A stretch of 64,000 nucleotides of DNA. Source: Limnothrix sp. BL-A-16 (GTDB lineage: Bacteria; Cyanobacteriota; Cyanobacteriia; CACIAM-69d). Below are positions 1 through 9,399 of the stretch, one piece after another; the first letter of the stretch is position 1, and every line of letters starts with the position of its first letter. The stretch is from contig CP166615.1 of the NCBI GenBank assembly GCA_041937175.2, positions 3,712,001 to 3,776,000 of the forward strand, written 5' to 3'. The position numbers were made by a program, and so were the translations under genes. Below the pieces are notes generated by a model, which was given only the letters and a program-made list of their open reading frames with translations, did no database searches and had not been told where the DNA came from.

Positions 1-718
1 CTTCGCGGCCGTAATCGGCTGGGAAGCGCACGGTGATCGACTTGCTCTCACCGGCATTCATGCCCACGATTCCATCGACAAAGCCGGGGATGAATTTCTT
101 CTGATCCAAGTCCACTTGAAAATCCGTCGCTTCCAGGCCGGAGAGATCTTCTGGATCGGTTTTGCCTTCTTCGGGGGTGAGGGTTCCTTTGTAGTCAATC
201 ACCACGGCATCACCCAACTGGGCCGGGCGACCTTCCACGGGAATCAAATCGGCAGAGGATTCCTGTTGCTGTTCCAGGATCCGATCGACCCGGCTGGGGT
301 CGGGATCAACGCGCTCGGCCTGAACGGTCAAACCGCTGTAGGGGGGCAACTCAACGTCGGGAACCACATCCAGCTTGACCACAAAGGTCAGGGTTTGGCC
401 CGGCTCAAACTTCGAGAACAGTTCCTCTTCGGAGGAGGTGATTTGGGCCTGGCCGGCGGGTTCAATTTTTTCTTGCTTGATGGCGGCCTTCACGCCCGCT
501 TCCACCAACTCATCCAGACTGGCGGCCTTGAGGGCGGCGGGGCCAATTTGCTGAATCAACACGGCGCGGGGCACTTTGCCCTTGCGGAACCCAGGAAGTT
601 TGACGGCTTTGGCGTACTTACTGAGGGTGTCTTCGTAGACCTTGGCCGACAGTTCAGCGGGCACTTCGATCGTGAGGCTAACCTGACTGGCGGACAGTTT
701 TTCCTGGGTGACTTTCAT
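1..718 (-). CDS. tig: Trigger factor, 5' part (runs off window start)
   Basis: The minus strand from ATG 718 reads MKVTQEKLSASQVSLTIEVPAE...VKLPGFRKGK, including the GFRxGK ribosome-binding signature. Not in the supplied ORF track because it is truncated. Confidence 0.93.
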   Translation of the reverse strand, partial: MKVTQEKLSASQVSLTIEVPAELSAKVYEDTLSKYAKAVKLPGFRKGKVPRAVLIQQIGPAALKAASLDELVEAGVKAAIKQEKIEPAGQAQITSSEEELFSKFEPGQTLTFVVKLDVVPDVELPPYSGLTVQAERVDPDPSRVDRILEQQQESSADLIPVEGRPAQLGDAVVIDYKGTLTPEEGKTDPEDLSGLEATDFQVDLDQKKFIPGFVDGIVGMNAGESKSITVRFPADYGRE

Positions 719-978
719 GGATGATCCAACAACTGACAAACAACTGACAAAACGAAACGGACTCAACGAAACTTGCAACACAAGCTGGCGATCGCCAGAC
801 CTATAACCGAGCGACGTGCGGCGCTGGCATAGTGCTGCGGCATCGTGCTGAAGCGAGGTGCGACGTTGACGGGCAAGCTACGCCAGATGAACCGCAATAG
901 ACTATCCTAGCTGAAATGCGCCCCTCTGCATGGGCGATCGAGTTGGCTAGTTTTTGGCGTTCCTGGGGAGAGAAGACC

Positions 979-2010
979 TTGGCTGGATATCGCGTCGCCA
1001 TTTTGGGCGCTACGGGCGCTGTGGGTACGGAGCTGCTGCAATTGCTCGAAGAACGGCAGTTCCCGATCGCAGAACTGAAGTTGCTGGCTTCGGCGCGATC
1101 GGCCGGCCAGACCTGCACCTTTGGCGGCGAAACCCTGGCCGTGGAAGCCACCACCGCCGAAGCCTTCAAGGGCGTGGATATTGTGCTGGCCTCGGCCGGA
1201 GGTAGTACCTCCAAGGCTTGGATTGACACGATCGTGGCCGCGGGAGCCGTGACGATCGACAATTCCAGTGCCTTCCGGATGCGGCCCGACGTGCCCTTGG
1301 TCGTGCCCGAGGTGAACCCCGAGGCGGCGGCCAACCACGAAGGGATCATCGCCAACCCCAACTGCACAACGATTTTGATGGCGGTGGCCACTTGGCCCCT
1401 GCATTTGGTGCAACCGATCCAGCGGATCGTGGCTGCCACCTATCAATCGGCCAGCGGCGCGGGCGCTCGGGCCATGGAAGAGGTGAAGGTGCAGTCGCGG
1501 GCGATTTTGGATGGGGGCGAGCCGGTGGCGGAAATTTTGCCCTATCCCTTGGCCTTTAACCTGTTCCCGCACAATTCGCCCCTGGGCCCCAATGGCTACT
1601 GCGAAGAGGAAATGAAAATGGTGAACGAAACCCGCAAGATCTTCGGCACCGAAGCCCTGCGGGTGACGGCCACTTGCGTGCGCGTGCCGGTGTTGCGGGC
1701 CCACTCGGAGGCGCTGAATTTGGAATTTACGGAGCCATTCCCGGTCGATCGCGTCCGCGAGATCCTGAAGTCGGCCCCCGGCGTGACCCTGCTGGAAGAT
1801 TGGGAGCGCAACTACTTCCCGATGCCGATCGATGCCAGCGGCAAAGATGACGTGTTGGTGGGGCGGATTCGCCAAGATATTTCCAACCCCCACGCGATCG
1901 ACCTCTGGCTCTGTGGCGACCAAATTCGCAAGGGTGCGGCCCTGAATGCGGTGCAAATTGCGGAATTGCTCGTGGAAAAAGGCTGGGTGAAGCGCAAATC
2001 CGCCCGCTAG
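979..2010 (+). CDS. asd: Aspartate-semialdehyde dehydrogenase
   Basis: GATGAVG, IDNSSAFRM, NPNCTT (catalytic Cys), QSASGAG and DQIRKGAALN motifs. TTG 979 after GGAG is preferred over the ORF start at 916. Confidence 0.96.
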   Translation: MAGYRVAILGATGAVGTELLQLLEERQFPIAELKLLASARSAGQTCTFGGETLAVEATTAEAFKGVDIVLASAGGSTSKAWIDTIVAAGAVTIDNSSAFRMRPDVPLVVPEVNPEAAANHEGIIANPNCTTILMAVATWPLHLVQPIQRIVAATYQSASGAGARAMEEVKVQSRAILDGGEPVAEILPYPLAFNLFPHNSPLGPNGYCEEEMKMVNETRKIFGTEALRVTATCVRVPVLRAHSEALNLEFTEPFPVDRVREILKSAPGVTLLEDWERNYFPMPIDASGKDDVLVGRIRQDISNPHAIDLWLCGDQIRKGAALNAVQIAELLVEKGWVKRKSAR

Positions 2011-2051
2011 AGCGGCCAACCGTCGGGTGCAAACCAGGGAACCGGTATAGA

Positions 2052-2071
2052 CAAGGGGCTTCAGCCCCTTG
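2052..2071. repeat. REP-like palindrome copy (CAAGGGGCTTCAGCCCCTTG)
   Basis: One-mismatch copy of the dispersed 20-bp palindrome, about 40 bp after the asd stop. Confidence 0.9.
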
Positions 2072-2217
2072 CCCCCTCACGGTGCGATCGCGGTTGGGGT
2101 GTGATCGGTTTTCTGGGCGATCGCGCCTTGGCCACCGCGCTAAGATGATCCCGGCTGCGCCCCATTCGATGAAGGCTGAATCGGCCAACTCCCAAGCTGT
2201 TTCTGGTTTCCAGTGCT

Positions 2218-2499
2218 ATGTTCACGATCGAAGTTGCTCTCAAGAGTTCGCCCGCCACGTTTTCGGTGCAGCGCAAGAATGCGGAAGATGCGGAAGCGCT
2301 CTATGCGGAAATTTTGGGTTTTGTGCAATCGGGTCAGGCCCAATGGCTTGATTTGACCTGTGAAAAAATGGTGGGCAAGAAAATTTCCATCCTGACCAGC
2401 GAAGTGGTGGCTGTGCAAATCAGCGATAAGTCTGGCGCAGCCCAAGCGGGCGGCCGGACAGCCGGTTTCTTGGCCGCCGCCACGGGCGCAACCAACTAG
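2218..2499 (+). CDS. UPF0367-like conserved cyanobacterial protein
   Basis: SVQRKxxEDAEALY...LDLTCEK pattern recalled for this family. Confidence 0.75.
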   Translation: MFTIEVALKSSPATFSVQRKNAEDAEALYAEILGFVQSGQAQWLDLTCEKMVGKKISILTSEVVAVQISDKSGAAQAGGRTAGFLAAATGATN

Positions 2500-2535
2500 G
2501 TCTGGCGTGACCGATCCAATCGCCACTCAACCAGA

Positions 2536-2555
2536 CAAGGGGCTTAAGCCCCTTG
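2536..2555. repeat. REP-like palindrome CAAGGGGCTTAAGCCCCTTG
   Basis: Perfect 20-bp palindrome downstream of the 2218-2499 gene. Confidence 0.92.
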
Positions 2556-2675
2556 CTCATCAACAAGTTTGAGCACCATCATGCTGGTTCGCTGGGTTGA
2601 GGTTGCCCTGTGATTGGGTCGGTCTTTCGCACGGTTCAACATCTCTATCGCGCACTGTTAAGGACGATCGCCCCC

Positions 2676-3389
2676 ATGCAAGGCCAGCCCAAACCGGATG
2701 AGCGGGGATTGTTCCCAAACGATCGGGTAACGGAACCGGCGATCGCGGTGCGGCAAGTCTCGTTCCAGTGGGCAACCGATAAACCCGTTCTCAAAAACTG
2801 TTCCCTGAGTGTGCCCGCCGGGGAGTTTTGGATGCTGCTGGGAACCAATGGCAGCGGCAAATCAACCCTGATGCAGCTCTTGGCGGGGTTGAACCAACCG
2901 AGCGCCGGCCAGGTATTGTTGCGGCGGCCTGTGGGGTTTGTGTTTCAAAATCCCGATCGCCAATTGGTGATGCCCACGGTGGGGTCAGATGTGGCCTTTG
3001 GGTTGGCCGAAGAGAATCTCTCGGCGATCGAAACACGCGATCGAATCCGTAGCGCCCTGGCGGAACTCAATATTTTGGACTTGGAACGCCGCCCGATCTA
3101 TGCCCTCAGCGGCGGCCAAAAGCAACGGGTAGCCATTGCCGGAGCGATCGCCACCCGTTGCGAAGTCTTGTTGCTCGATGAACCCACCGCCCTGCTCGAC
3201 CCCGACAGTCAATTGGACTTGGTGCGCTGTGTGCGGCAGTTGGTGGACGATCGGGGAATTACGGCCCTTTGGGTCACCCATCGCCTCGAAGAACTGGACT
3301 ATTGCGATGGGGCCTTTTTGCTGGAAAACGGACGGGTTGTGGCCGCCGGCAAACCAGCGGCCATGCGCGATCGACTCCTGACCCCGTGA
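2676..3389 (+). CDS. ECF/CbiO-type ABC ATPase
   Basis: Walker A GTNGSGKST, Q-loop VFQNPD, signature LSGGQKQR, Walker B LLLDEPT. Start uncertain. Confidence 0.88.
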   Translation: MQGQPKPDERGLFPNDRVTEPAIAVRQVSFQWATDKPVLKNCSLSVPAGEFWMLLGTNGSGKSTLMQLLAGLNQPSAGQVLLRRPVGFVFQNPDRQLVMPTVGSDVAFGLAEENLSAIETRDRIRSALAELNILDLERRPIYALSGGQKQRVAIAGAIATRCEVLLLDEPTALLDPDSQLDLVRCVRQLVDDRGITALWVTHRLEELDYCDGAFLLENGRVVAAGKPAAMRDRLLTP

Positions 3390-3400
3390 TCGCTCAGGGA

Positions 3401-5863
3401 CTATTGCACGGTTTCCGTTTCAATGTCCGCGATCGCCAGCAACGTCTTCAAGACCGAATCCGGGTTCAAGCTGATGGAGTCAATCCCCTCCTGCACCAGG
3501 AATTGGGCAAATTCCGGGTAGTCACTGGGTGCTTGACCACAAATCCCAATCTTGCGGCCGTTGGCCTTGGCGGTCTTAATTGCCATGCTCACCATCCGTT
3601 TCACCGCCGTGCAGCGTTCATCGAACAGGTGCGCCACCAACGCGGAATCGCGATCGAGACCCAATGTGAGTTGCGTCAGGTCATTGGAGCCGATCGAGAA
3701 CCCATCAAACACCTCGCTGAAGGCATCCCCAGCGATCACGTTGCTCGGCAGCTCGCACATCACATAGATCTGCAAGCCGTTTTCGCCCCGTTTCAGGCTG
3801 TTTTCCGCCATCACCTCCAACACCCGCATCCCTTCTTCTGGGGTGCGGCAGAACGGAATCATCGGAATCACATTGGTTAAGCCCATGTCGTCGCGGACGC
3901 GCTTCAGGGCCTGGCATTCCAACGCAAAAGCAGCCCGGAATTTCGGATCGTAGTAGCGAGATGCGCCGCGCCAGCCGATCATCGGGTTTTCTTCGATCGG
4001 CTCGAATTGCCGCCCGCCCAGCAGGTTGGCATATTCATTAGTCTTGAAATCCGACATCCGCACAATCACCGGCTTGGGATAGAAGGCCGCCGCGATCGTG
4101 CCCACCCCTTGGGCCAGCTTCTCCACGTAGTATTGCGGACGATTGGTCCTATACAGGTGCGTCAACTCGCCCACCTGCTTACGCACCGACTTATCCTCCA
4201 GCTTGTCGTACTGGATCAACGCCATCGGATGGACTTGGATGTGGTTGGCAATAATGAACTCCAACCGCGCCAAACCCACCCCATCGCAGGGCAACGAGGC
4301 CAGGCTGAACGCCTCTTCCGGATTGCCCACATTCATCAAGATCTGGGTCTTGGGTCGGGGCAAATTATCCAGGCGGGTTTCTTTAATCTCAAAGGGCACT
4401 TCTCCGGCGTAGACCTTGCCTTCGTCCCCTTCACAACAGGACACCGTGAGCATTTGGCCCGTTTCCACGGCGCTGGTGGCGTTGCCGGCCCCGACGATCG
4501 CCGGGATACCCATTTCGCGGGCAATGATCGCCGCGTGACAGGTGCGGCCGCCTTGGTTGGTGACGATCGCGCTGGCCTTCTTCATAATCGGTTCCCAGTC
4601 CGGATCCGTGCGGTTGGTGACCAGCACTTCACCCGCCTCGAATTCGTCAATGCGATGCACGTCCAAAATCACCCGTGCTCGACCGCGGCCCACCTTTTCA
4701 CCGACGCTGCGACCGGTAATCACCACCGGTGGCCGTTGTTCCGGCGGCAGCGTAATTACATAGTTTTGCAGCACATTGCCGCTGCGTTGGGACTGCACCG
4801 TTTCTGGGCGGGCTTGCACAATAAACAAATCGCCCGTTTGCCCATCCTTGGCCCACTCAATGTCCATCGGAGTCGGCAGGCCGCGCACTTCGGAATAGTG
4901 ATCCTCAATGATCACCGCCCAGCGGGCCAGTTGCACAATGTCATCGTCCCCGATCGCATAGCGGTTGCGATCGGCCAAGGCCACCGGCACATTCTTGGTG
5001 GGTTTGGTGCTGCCCGGCGCATAGATCATCTTGATCTCTTTCGTGCCCAGCCGCTTACTCAGAATGGGCCGCTTGCCCTGGGCCAAGGTGGGCTTAAAGA
5101 CCACGTACTCATCGGGGTTCACCGCCCCTTGCACCACGTTTTCGCCCAAACCATAGGCCGCCGTCACCAGCACCACATCCCGGAAGCCGGTTTCCGTGTC
5201 CAGGGTGAAAATCACGCCCGAACTGTCCATGTCGGAGCGCACCATCTTCTGCACCCCCACGGACAGGGCCACCTCAAAGTGGTCAAAGCCCTTAATTTGA
5301 CGGTAGGAAATGGCGCGATCGGTGAAAATCGACGCAAAACAGCGCTTACAGGCTTCCAACACCGCCGCCATGCCATGGACGTTCAGATAGGTTTCCTGTT
5401 GCCCCGCAAAGCTGGCATCGGGCAAATCTTCCGCCGTGGCGCTCGATCGCACCGCCACATCCACATCCGCCCCGTATTGCGAACAGAGCGCCTGGTAAGC
5501 CCGGGTAATTTCCTCTTGCAAATTCATCGGAAATTCCGCGTGCAAAATCAAATTCCGCGCCTTTTGACCACACCGCCGCAAACTTTCGCCATTATCCACA
5601 TCTAAGGTGGCAAAAATGTCCCGCAGCTTGGCTTCTAACCCCGATTCTTGAATAAACGATCGGTAGGCAAATGCCGTGGTGGCAAATCCGTTCGGAACAC
5701 GCACGCCCTTCGCGGTCAACTGACGAATCATTTCCCCCAAAGAAGCATTCTTACCGCCGACCAAGGGCAAATCGGCAATGCCCACTTGATCGAACCAAAG
5801 CACTAACGCCCGATCGCGATCGGCCGCAGGGCGGGCATGAGGCACTGACGTGGCATGTGTCAT
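3401..5863 (-). CDS. ppsA: Phosphoenolpyruvate synthase
   Basis: GGKNASLGEM, VAVRSSATAED, phospho-His GGRTCHAAI, FSIGSNDLTQ and GICGQAPSD motifs. Confidence 0.97.
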   Translation of the reverse strand: MTHATSVPHARPAADRDRALVLWFDQVGIADLPLVGGKNASLGEMIRQLTAKGVRVPNGFATTAFAYRSFIQESGLEAKLRDIFATLDVDNGESLRRCGQKARNLILHAEFPMNLQEEITRAYQALCSQYGADVDVAVRSSATAEDLPDASFAGQQETYLNVHGMAAVLEACKRCFASIFTDRAISYRQIKGFDHFEVALSVGVQKMVRSDMDSSGVIFTLDTETGFRDVVLVTAAYGLGENVVQGAVNPDEYVVFKPTLAQGKRPILSKRLGTKEIKMIYAPGSTKPTKNVPVALADRNRYAIGDDDIVQLARWAVIIEDHYSEVRGLPTPMDIEWAKDGQTGDLFIVQARPETVQSQRSGNVLQNYVITLPPEQRPPVVITGRSVGEKVGRGRARVILDVHRIDEFEAGEVLVTNRTDPDWEPIMKKASAIVTNQGGRTCHAAIIAREMGIPAIVGAGNATSAVETGQMLTVSCCEGDEGKVYAGEVPFEIKETRLDNLPRPKTQILMNVGNPEEAFSLASLPCDGVGLARLEFIIANHIQVHPMALIQYDKLEDKSVRKQVGELTHLYRTNRPQYYVEKLAQGVGTIAAAFYPKPVIVRMSDFKTNEYANLLGGRQFEPIEENPMIGWRGASRYYDPKFRAAFALECQALKRVRDDMGLTNVIPMIPFCRTPEEGMRVLEVMAENSLKRGENGLQIYVMCELPSNVIAGDAFSEVFDGFSIGSNDLTQLTLGLDRDSALVAHLFDERCTAVKRMVSMAIKTAKANGRKIGICGQAPSDYPEFAQFLVQEGIDSISLNPDSVLKTLLAIADIETETVQ

Positions 5864-7283
5864 AACCGAAGACCTCAGAACAACCTTGAACAACCTTCAA
5901 GAACGGAATCTGTAATCGGCAATTTGTAATCGGCAATTATTGTCAGGAATCTTTTTCTTGATCCCACCTTTAGCCAACAACGATCGGAGGCAGTGGTTGC
6001 CATCCAACCCTGGCTAAAAGTCAGTTAATTTACCCTCTGACCGTTCACAGAGCCAGCCCAATAACACTCATCCTTCAGCAGCATTGCAGCAAAAAATCCG
6101 CATCACCGCCTATCGAAATTCACGGTTTAAGGCAAGTTAATGATCAAAACCCGACCTTAACAGTCAGATGATGCAAAACGATGGCACTCCGTCGAAATCA
6201 ATCTTTTGCAGTCAATCTTGGTCAAGTCCATGCAACGATAATGGTGATCTCAGACCTTAACAGTTCGTAATTTTGAATGAAATGAGGGAATTGACCAAAA
6301 TTTGAGGAGCCGCCACAGGGATCCATCGGATGACTCGATCGAAATGATCGTGTTAAGAGAGTTTGTGAACCCATTGACAAAATAGTCCGATCATTTGCCA
6401 AGGATTTTGGAATTTGCTGAACTTGACCTTGACGGGAGGAGGTACTTCAATCGTTCCTCAAAGGACATGATTTAGGCAAGGTCATTTCCAAGTTGATTCT
6501 TGGAATCCGAAAGTAAAGAATTCAATCTGATTTGACGATTGAGGGCAATCTAAAGGAAAATAAAAATATCCAAAACGTCTTTGAGTCCTTGAGAACTCCC
6601 TGAGAAAGTTTGAAGTTTCCTGACTTTTAGTTCAGAGACTTTAAGTTTCCATGCCTGCTGATTGGATTTCTATCGATTTTTAACCGCTGAAATCCCTTAA
6701 CTCAGCGGTGATTTAAATCAAATCAGTCAGTTCTTGGGTTGCTGCTTCTGGTCAGCCTTCGCTGTGGACACCATCAGCTCCCAATTCCCAAAACCATGCA
6801 CAGGAGCTGTGTTATCGCAATTTTTGGCTTGGGATGACGTAATTCAGTGCGTATGATGAGTAGATGGTTATCTTATCCAATCGTCATGGTGGTAATAGCA
6901 ACCACTGCCGACGATGGATTAAGCGTGGGCGATCGTGCCTTGAACGATCGGGCGTTAACGATGATGGGTCTACGGCCAGGTCACGGACGGTTTTACGGCT
7001 AGTACACCGCTGACTCACTAGTTGCCCCGATGGCTCAGGCCCGCGAGGTGCAACCGGTGGGAATGACCGGTGATCGGGCTGACTTGGAACAGGCCCAAGG
7101 GGCGATCGCCCTGCGCATCTGACACTGCTCACCATTGGGCAGTCACAGCACCCAGTCAACGTCTAGACCGGCGATCTCAAAACTCTCATTCATTATCTCA
7201 ATTCCTCATGTTTGAGGATCCACAAAGGGTGGAACTGGGAGGGGGAAATCAATCATTCCCAGTGTGTTTTAGGAGGCACAACC

Positions 7284-7676
7284 ATGGGTAAACAACAGGG
7301 GTTGATGACGGCTGAGCAAACCTGCACCGATAGTGCTTGCCCAATCCAGGTGGTTTTGGAGGCGATCGGCCATAAGTGGTCGATCCTGATTTTGCGGCTG
7401 CTGCGCGATCAACCACGGCGGCCCAGTGAGCTGATGATGCTGTTACCCGGCATTAGCAGCAAAACCCTCACCCAACGGCTGCGGGGTTTGGAGCGCCATG
7501 GCTTAATTGTGCGGCGGGTTTATCCCGAGGTGCCGCCCCACGTGGAATATGCGTTGACGGCCAAGGGGCAGGAGGTGGAACCGGTGATGCAGGCGATGGC
7601 GCAGTTGGGTTTGAAATGGGTCGATAGCAACGATCCCTGTGGTTGCCACCCCAACGCTAAGTTGACGGTCGTTTAG
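7284..7676 (+). CDS. HxlR-family winged-helix regulator
   Basis: CPI..LE.IG.KWSILI, ISSKTLTQRLR.LE, VPPHVEYALT. AGGAGG at 7271 supports ATG 7284. Confidence 0.9.
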   Translation: MGKQQGLMTAEQTCTDSACPIQVVLEAIGHKWSILILRLLRDQPRRPSELMMLLPGISSKTLTQRLRGLERHGLIVRRVYPEVPPHVEYALTAKGQEVEPVMQAMAQLGLKWVDSNDPCGCHPNAKLTVV

Positions 7677-7940
7677 GGTCGATCGAACGGGGATTCTGCT
7701 GGCCCGGTGTTGGGCCGGGTTGGAACTGGACTGGGACTGCCTCCAACGAGGCTTGTCCCGGACTGGGGCTGTTTGGAAACTAAAGTTCGGGATAAGCTGA
7801 AACCTGGTATTCCCGGTTGAAACGCCCCCAGTGGGGTTCATCAACCATCAACGGGAATCCTGGCTTAGCCCGAACAACCATTAACGCAGGCCCCGCAACA
7901 GCCGGCCCCACAGGACGGAGCTTGAGACCCGTTTTTGCTG

Positions 7941-9278
7941 ATGAGTGACAAGAGCCTATGCCCCCCGGTGTTGCATGAGCCGGCCAGTTCGTCCTTGGGG
8001 CTGGAGGCAACCCTGGCGGATTTACCCAGCTATGACTGCGTGGTGGATGTGACGGTTTCGGGGTTTGCGCTGGCGAGCTGGCTGGCCCGTTATCCCCGGG
8101 TTCCCGGGGCGATCGTCATGGATCGCGGCCGACTGGAGGGGGTGATTACCCGCCAGCAATTATTGGAGTTTGCCATTCGGCCCTCGGGGGCAACCATCCT
8201 GGAGCAACCGTTGCAGGCCCTGTGGGGCTATTTGGAGCGGGATTGCCTAACTTTGCCGGTGGAGTTACCGATCGTCCAGGCCATGAAACGGGCCGTGAGC
8301 CGCACGATCGGGCTGTTGACGGATCCGATCGTGGTGCAATGCGCCGAAGGCCCTCGGCTGCTAGACACACGCGCTTTGATTGTGGCGGATTGGCAAATTC
8401 GCGGCATTGAAACCCAGGCTCGCTATGAGCGAATGCAGCTCCAGGCGATTCAAAACGACAAGTTAGCCAGCCTGGGGCGGTTGGTGGATGGGGTGGCGCA
8501 CCAAATTCTGGATCCGGTGGGGTTCATTTGGGGCAACCTGAGCCATCTGGGATCCTATGGGGAGCAGTTGGTGCAGTTGGTGGATGCCTACCGAGATTGG
8601 GCGGAGCAGTCTAAGCAACCCATCCCCTGGACGATCACCAACTTGGAAGAGTCGGTGGATTTTGACTTTTTGCGGGATGATTTGCCACTGTTGCTCAGTA
8701 GTTTGCGCAATGGAGCGGAACGGCTGAAGGCGATTGTCAGCAGTTTGCAAAATTTCTGTCATCTCGATGATGTCTATCCGCATCCAACGGATTTGCACCA
8801 ACGGCTGAATAGTATTGTGCTGCTGCTGCAAAGTCGGTTATCGGTACAGATTGAGTTTGTGCGCAATTACGGTTCGTTGCCGCCGGTTTGTTGCTATAGC
8901 AGTCAGATCGATCGGGCGTTGATGGCGGTGTTGGTGAATGCGGTGGATGTGCTGTTGGAGCGGGGAACGCGGGCCCAACTCAAGGCAGTGACCCTGAGCG
9001 CGGCGGAACAGCCCTACATTGAAATCAACACTTGGGTGGAACAGGATGCGGCAGCCCATTCCTGGGCGGTTGTGTCGATCGCGGATAATGGCCCCGGTTT
9101 GACGGCCATTCAGCGCCAGCAAATTTTGGAAAATTTCCAGCTCGATCGCCACCGGGTCAAGGAAACGGGCCTGACGGCGACCCATCACATCATCACGTCG
9201 CGCCATGGGGGGCAGTTGGATTTGCTCGATCGCCCCAGCGGTGGTCTGGAAGTGGTGATTCGGTTGCCTCTGGCCTAG
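7941..9278 (+). CDS. Sensor histidine kinase with CBS-like N-terminus and atypical boxes
   Basis: H-box GVAHQILDP, N-box LVNAVD, G1 ADNGPGL; G2 is degenerate (KETGL). Confidence 0.8.
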   Translation: MSDKSLCPPVLHEPASSSLGLEATLADLPSYDCVVDVTVSGFALASWLARYPRVPGAIVMDRGRLEGVITRQQLLEFAIRPSGATILEQPLQALWGYLERDCLTLPVELPIVQAMKRAVSRTIGLLTDPIVVQCAEGPRLLDTRALIVADWQIRGIETQARYERMQLQAIQNDKLASLGRLVDGVAHQILDPVGFIWGNLSHLGSYGEQLVQLVDAYRDWAEQSKQPIPWTITNLEESVDFDFLRDDLPLLLSSLRNGAERLKAIVSSLQNFCHLDDVYPHPTDLHQRLNSIVLLLQSRLSVQIEFVRNYGSLPPVCCYSSQIDRALMAVLVNAVDVLLERGTRAQLKAVTLSAAEQPYIEINTWVEQDAAAHSWAVVSIADNGPGLTAIQRQQILENFQLDRHRVKETGLTATHHIITSRHGGQLDLLDRPSGGLEVVIRLPLA

Positions 9279-9399
9279 GGAGCGGCGGTGGCCATGGGCC
9301 GCAACTGCGCCAATTGTCCCCATTCAGGCTGTTTAGGCTTGGATCCTTGGCTTAACATGGAAGCAACTCAATCAAAGGGTGATTGCTGCCCTGTGCGGT

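Noticed and set aside
116..5605. Long antisense ORFs (116-724, 907-2019, 4007-5605; similarly 11835-12779, 27104-28201, 31232-32272, 35188-36702)
   Set aside because: They are shadows of tig, asd, ppsA, mgtE, amt1, the Amt fusion and lpdA in GC-rich coding DNA, with no recognisable motifs.
7833..7846. 14-mer TGGGGTTCATCAAC shared with about 61689
   Set aside because: Several 14-mer matches are expected by chance in 64 kb, and the flanks do not align.
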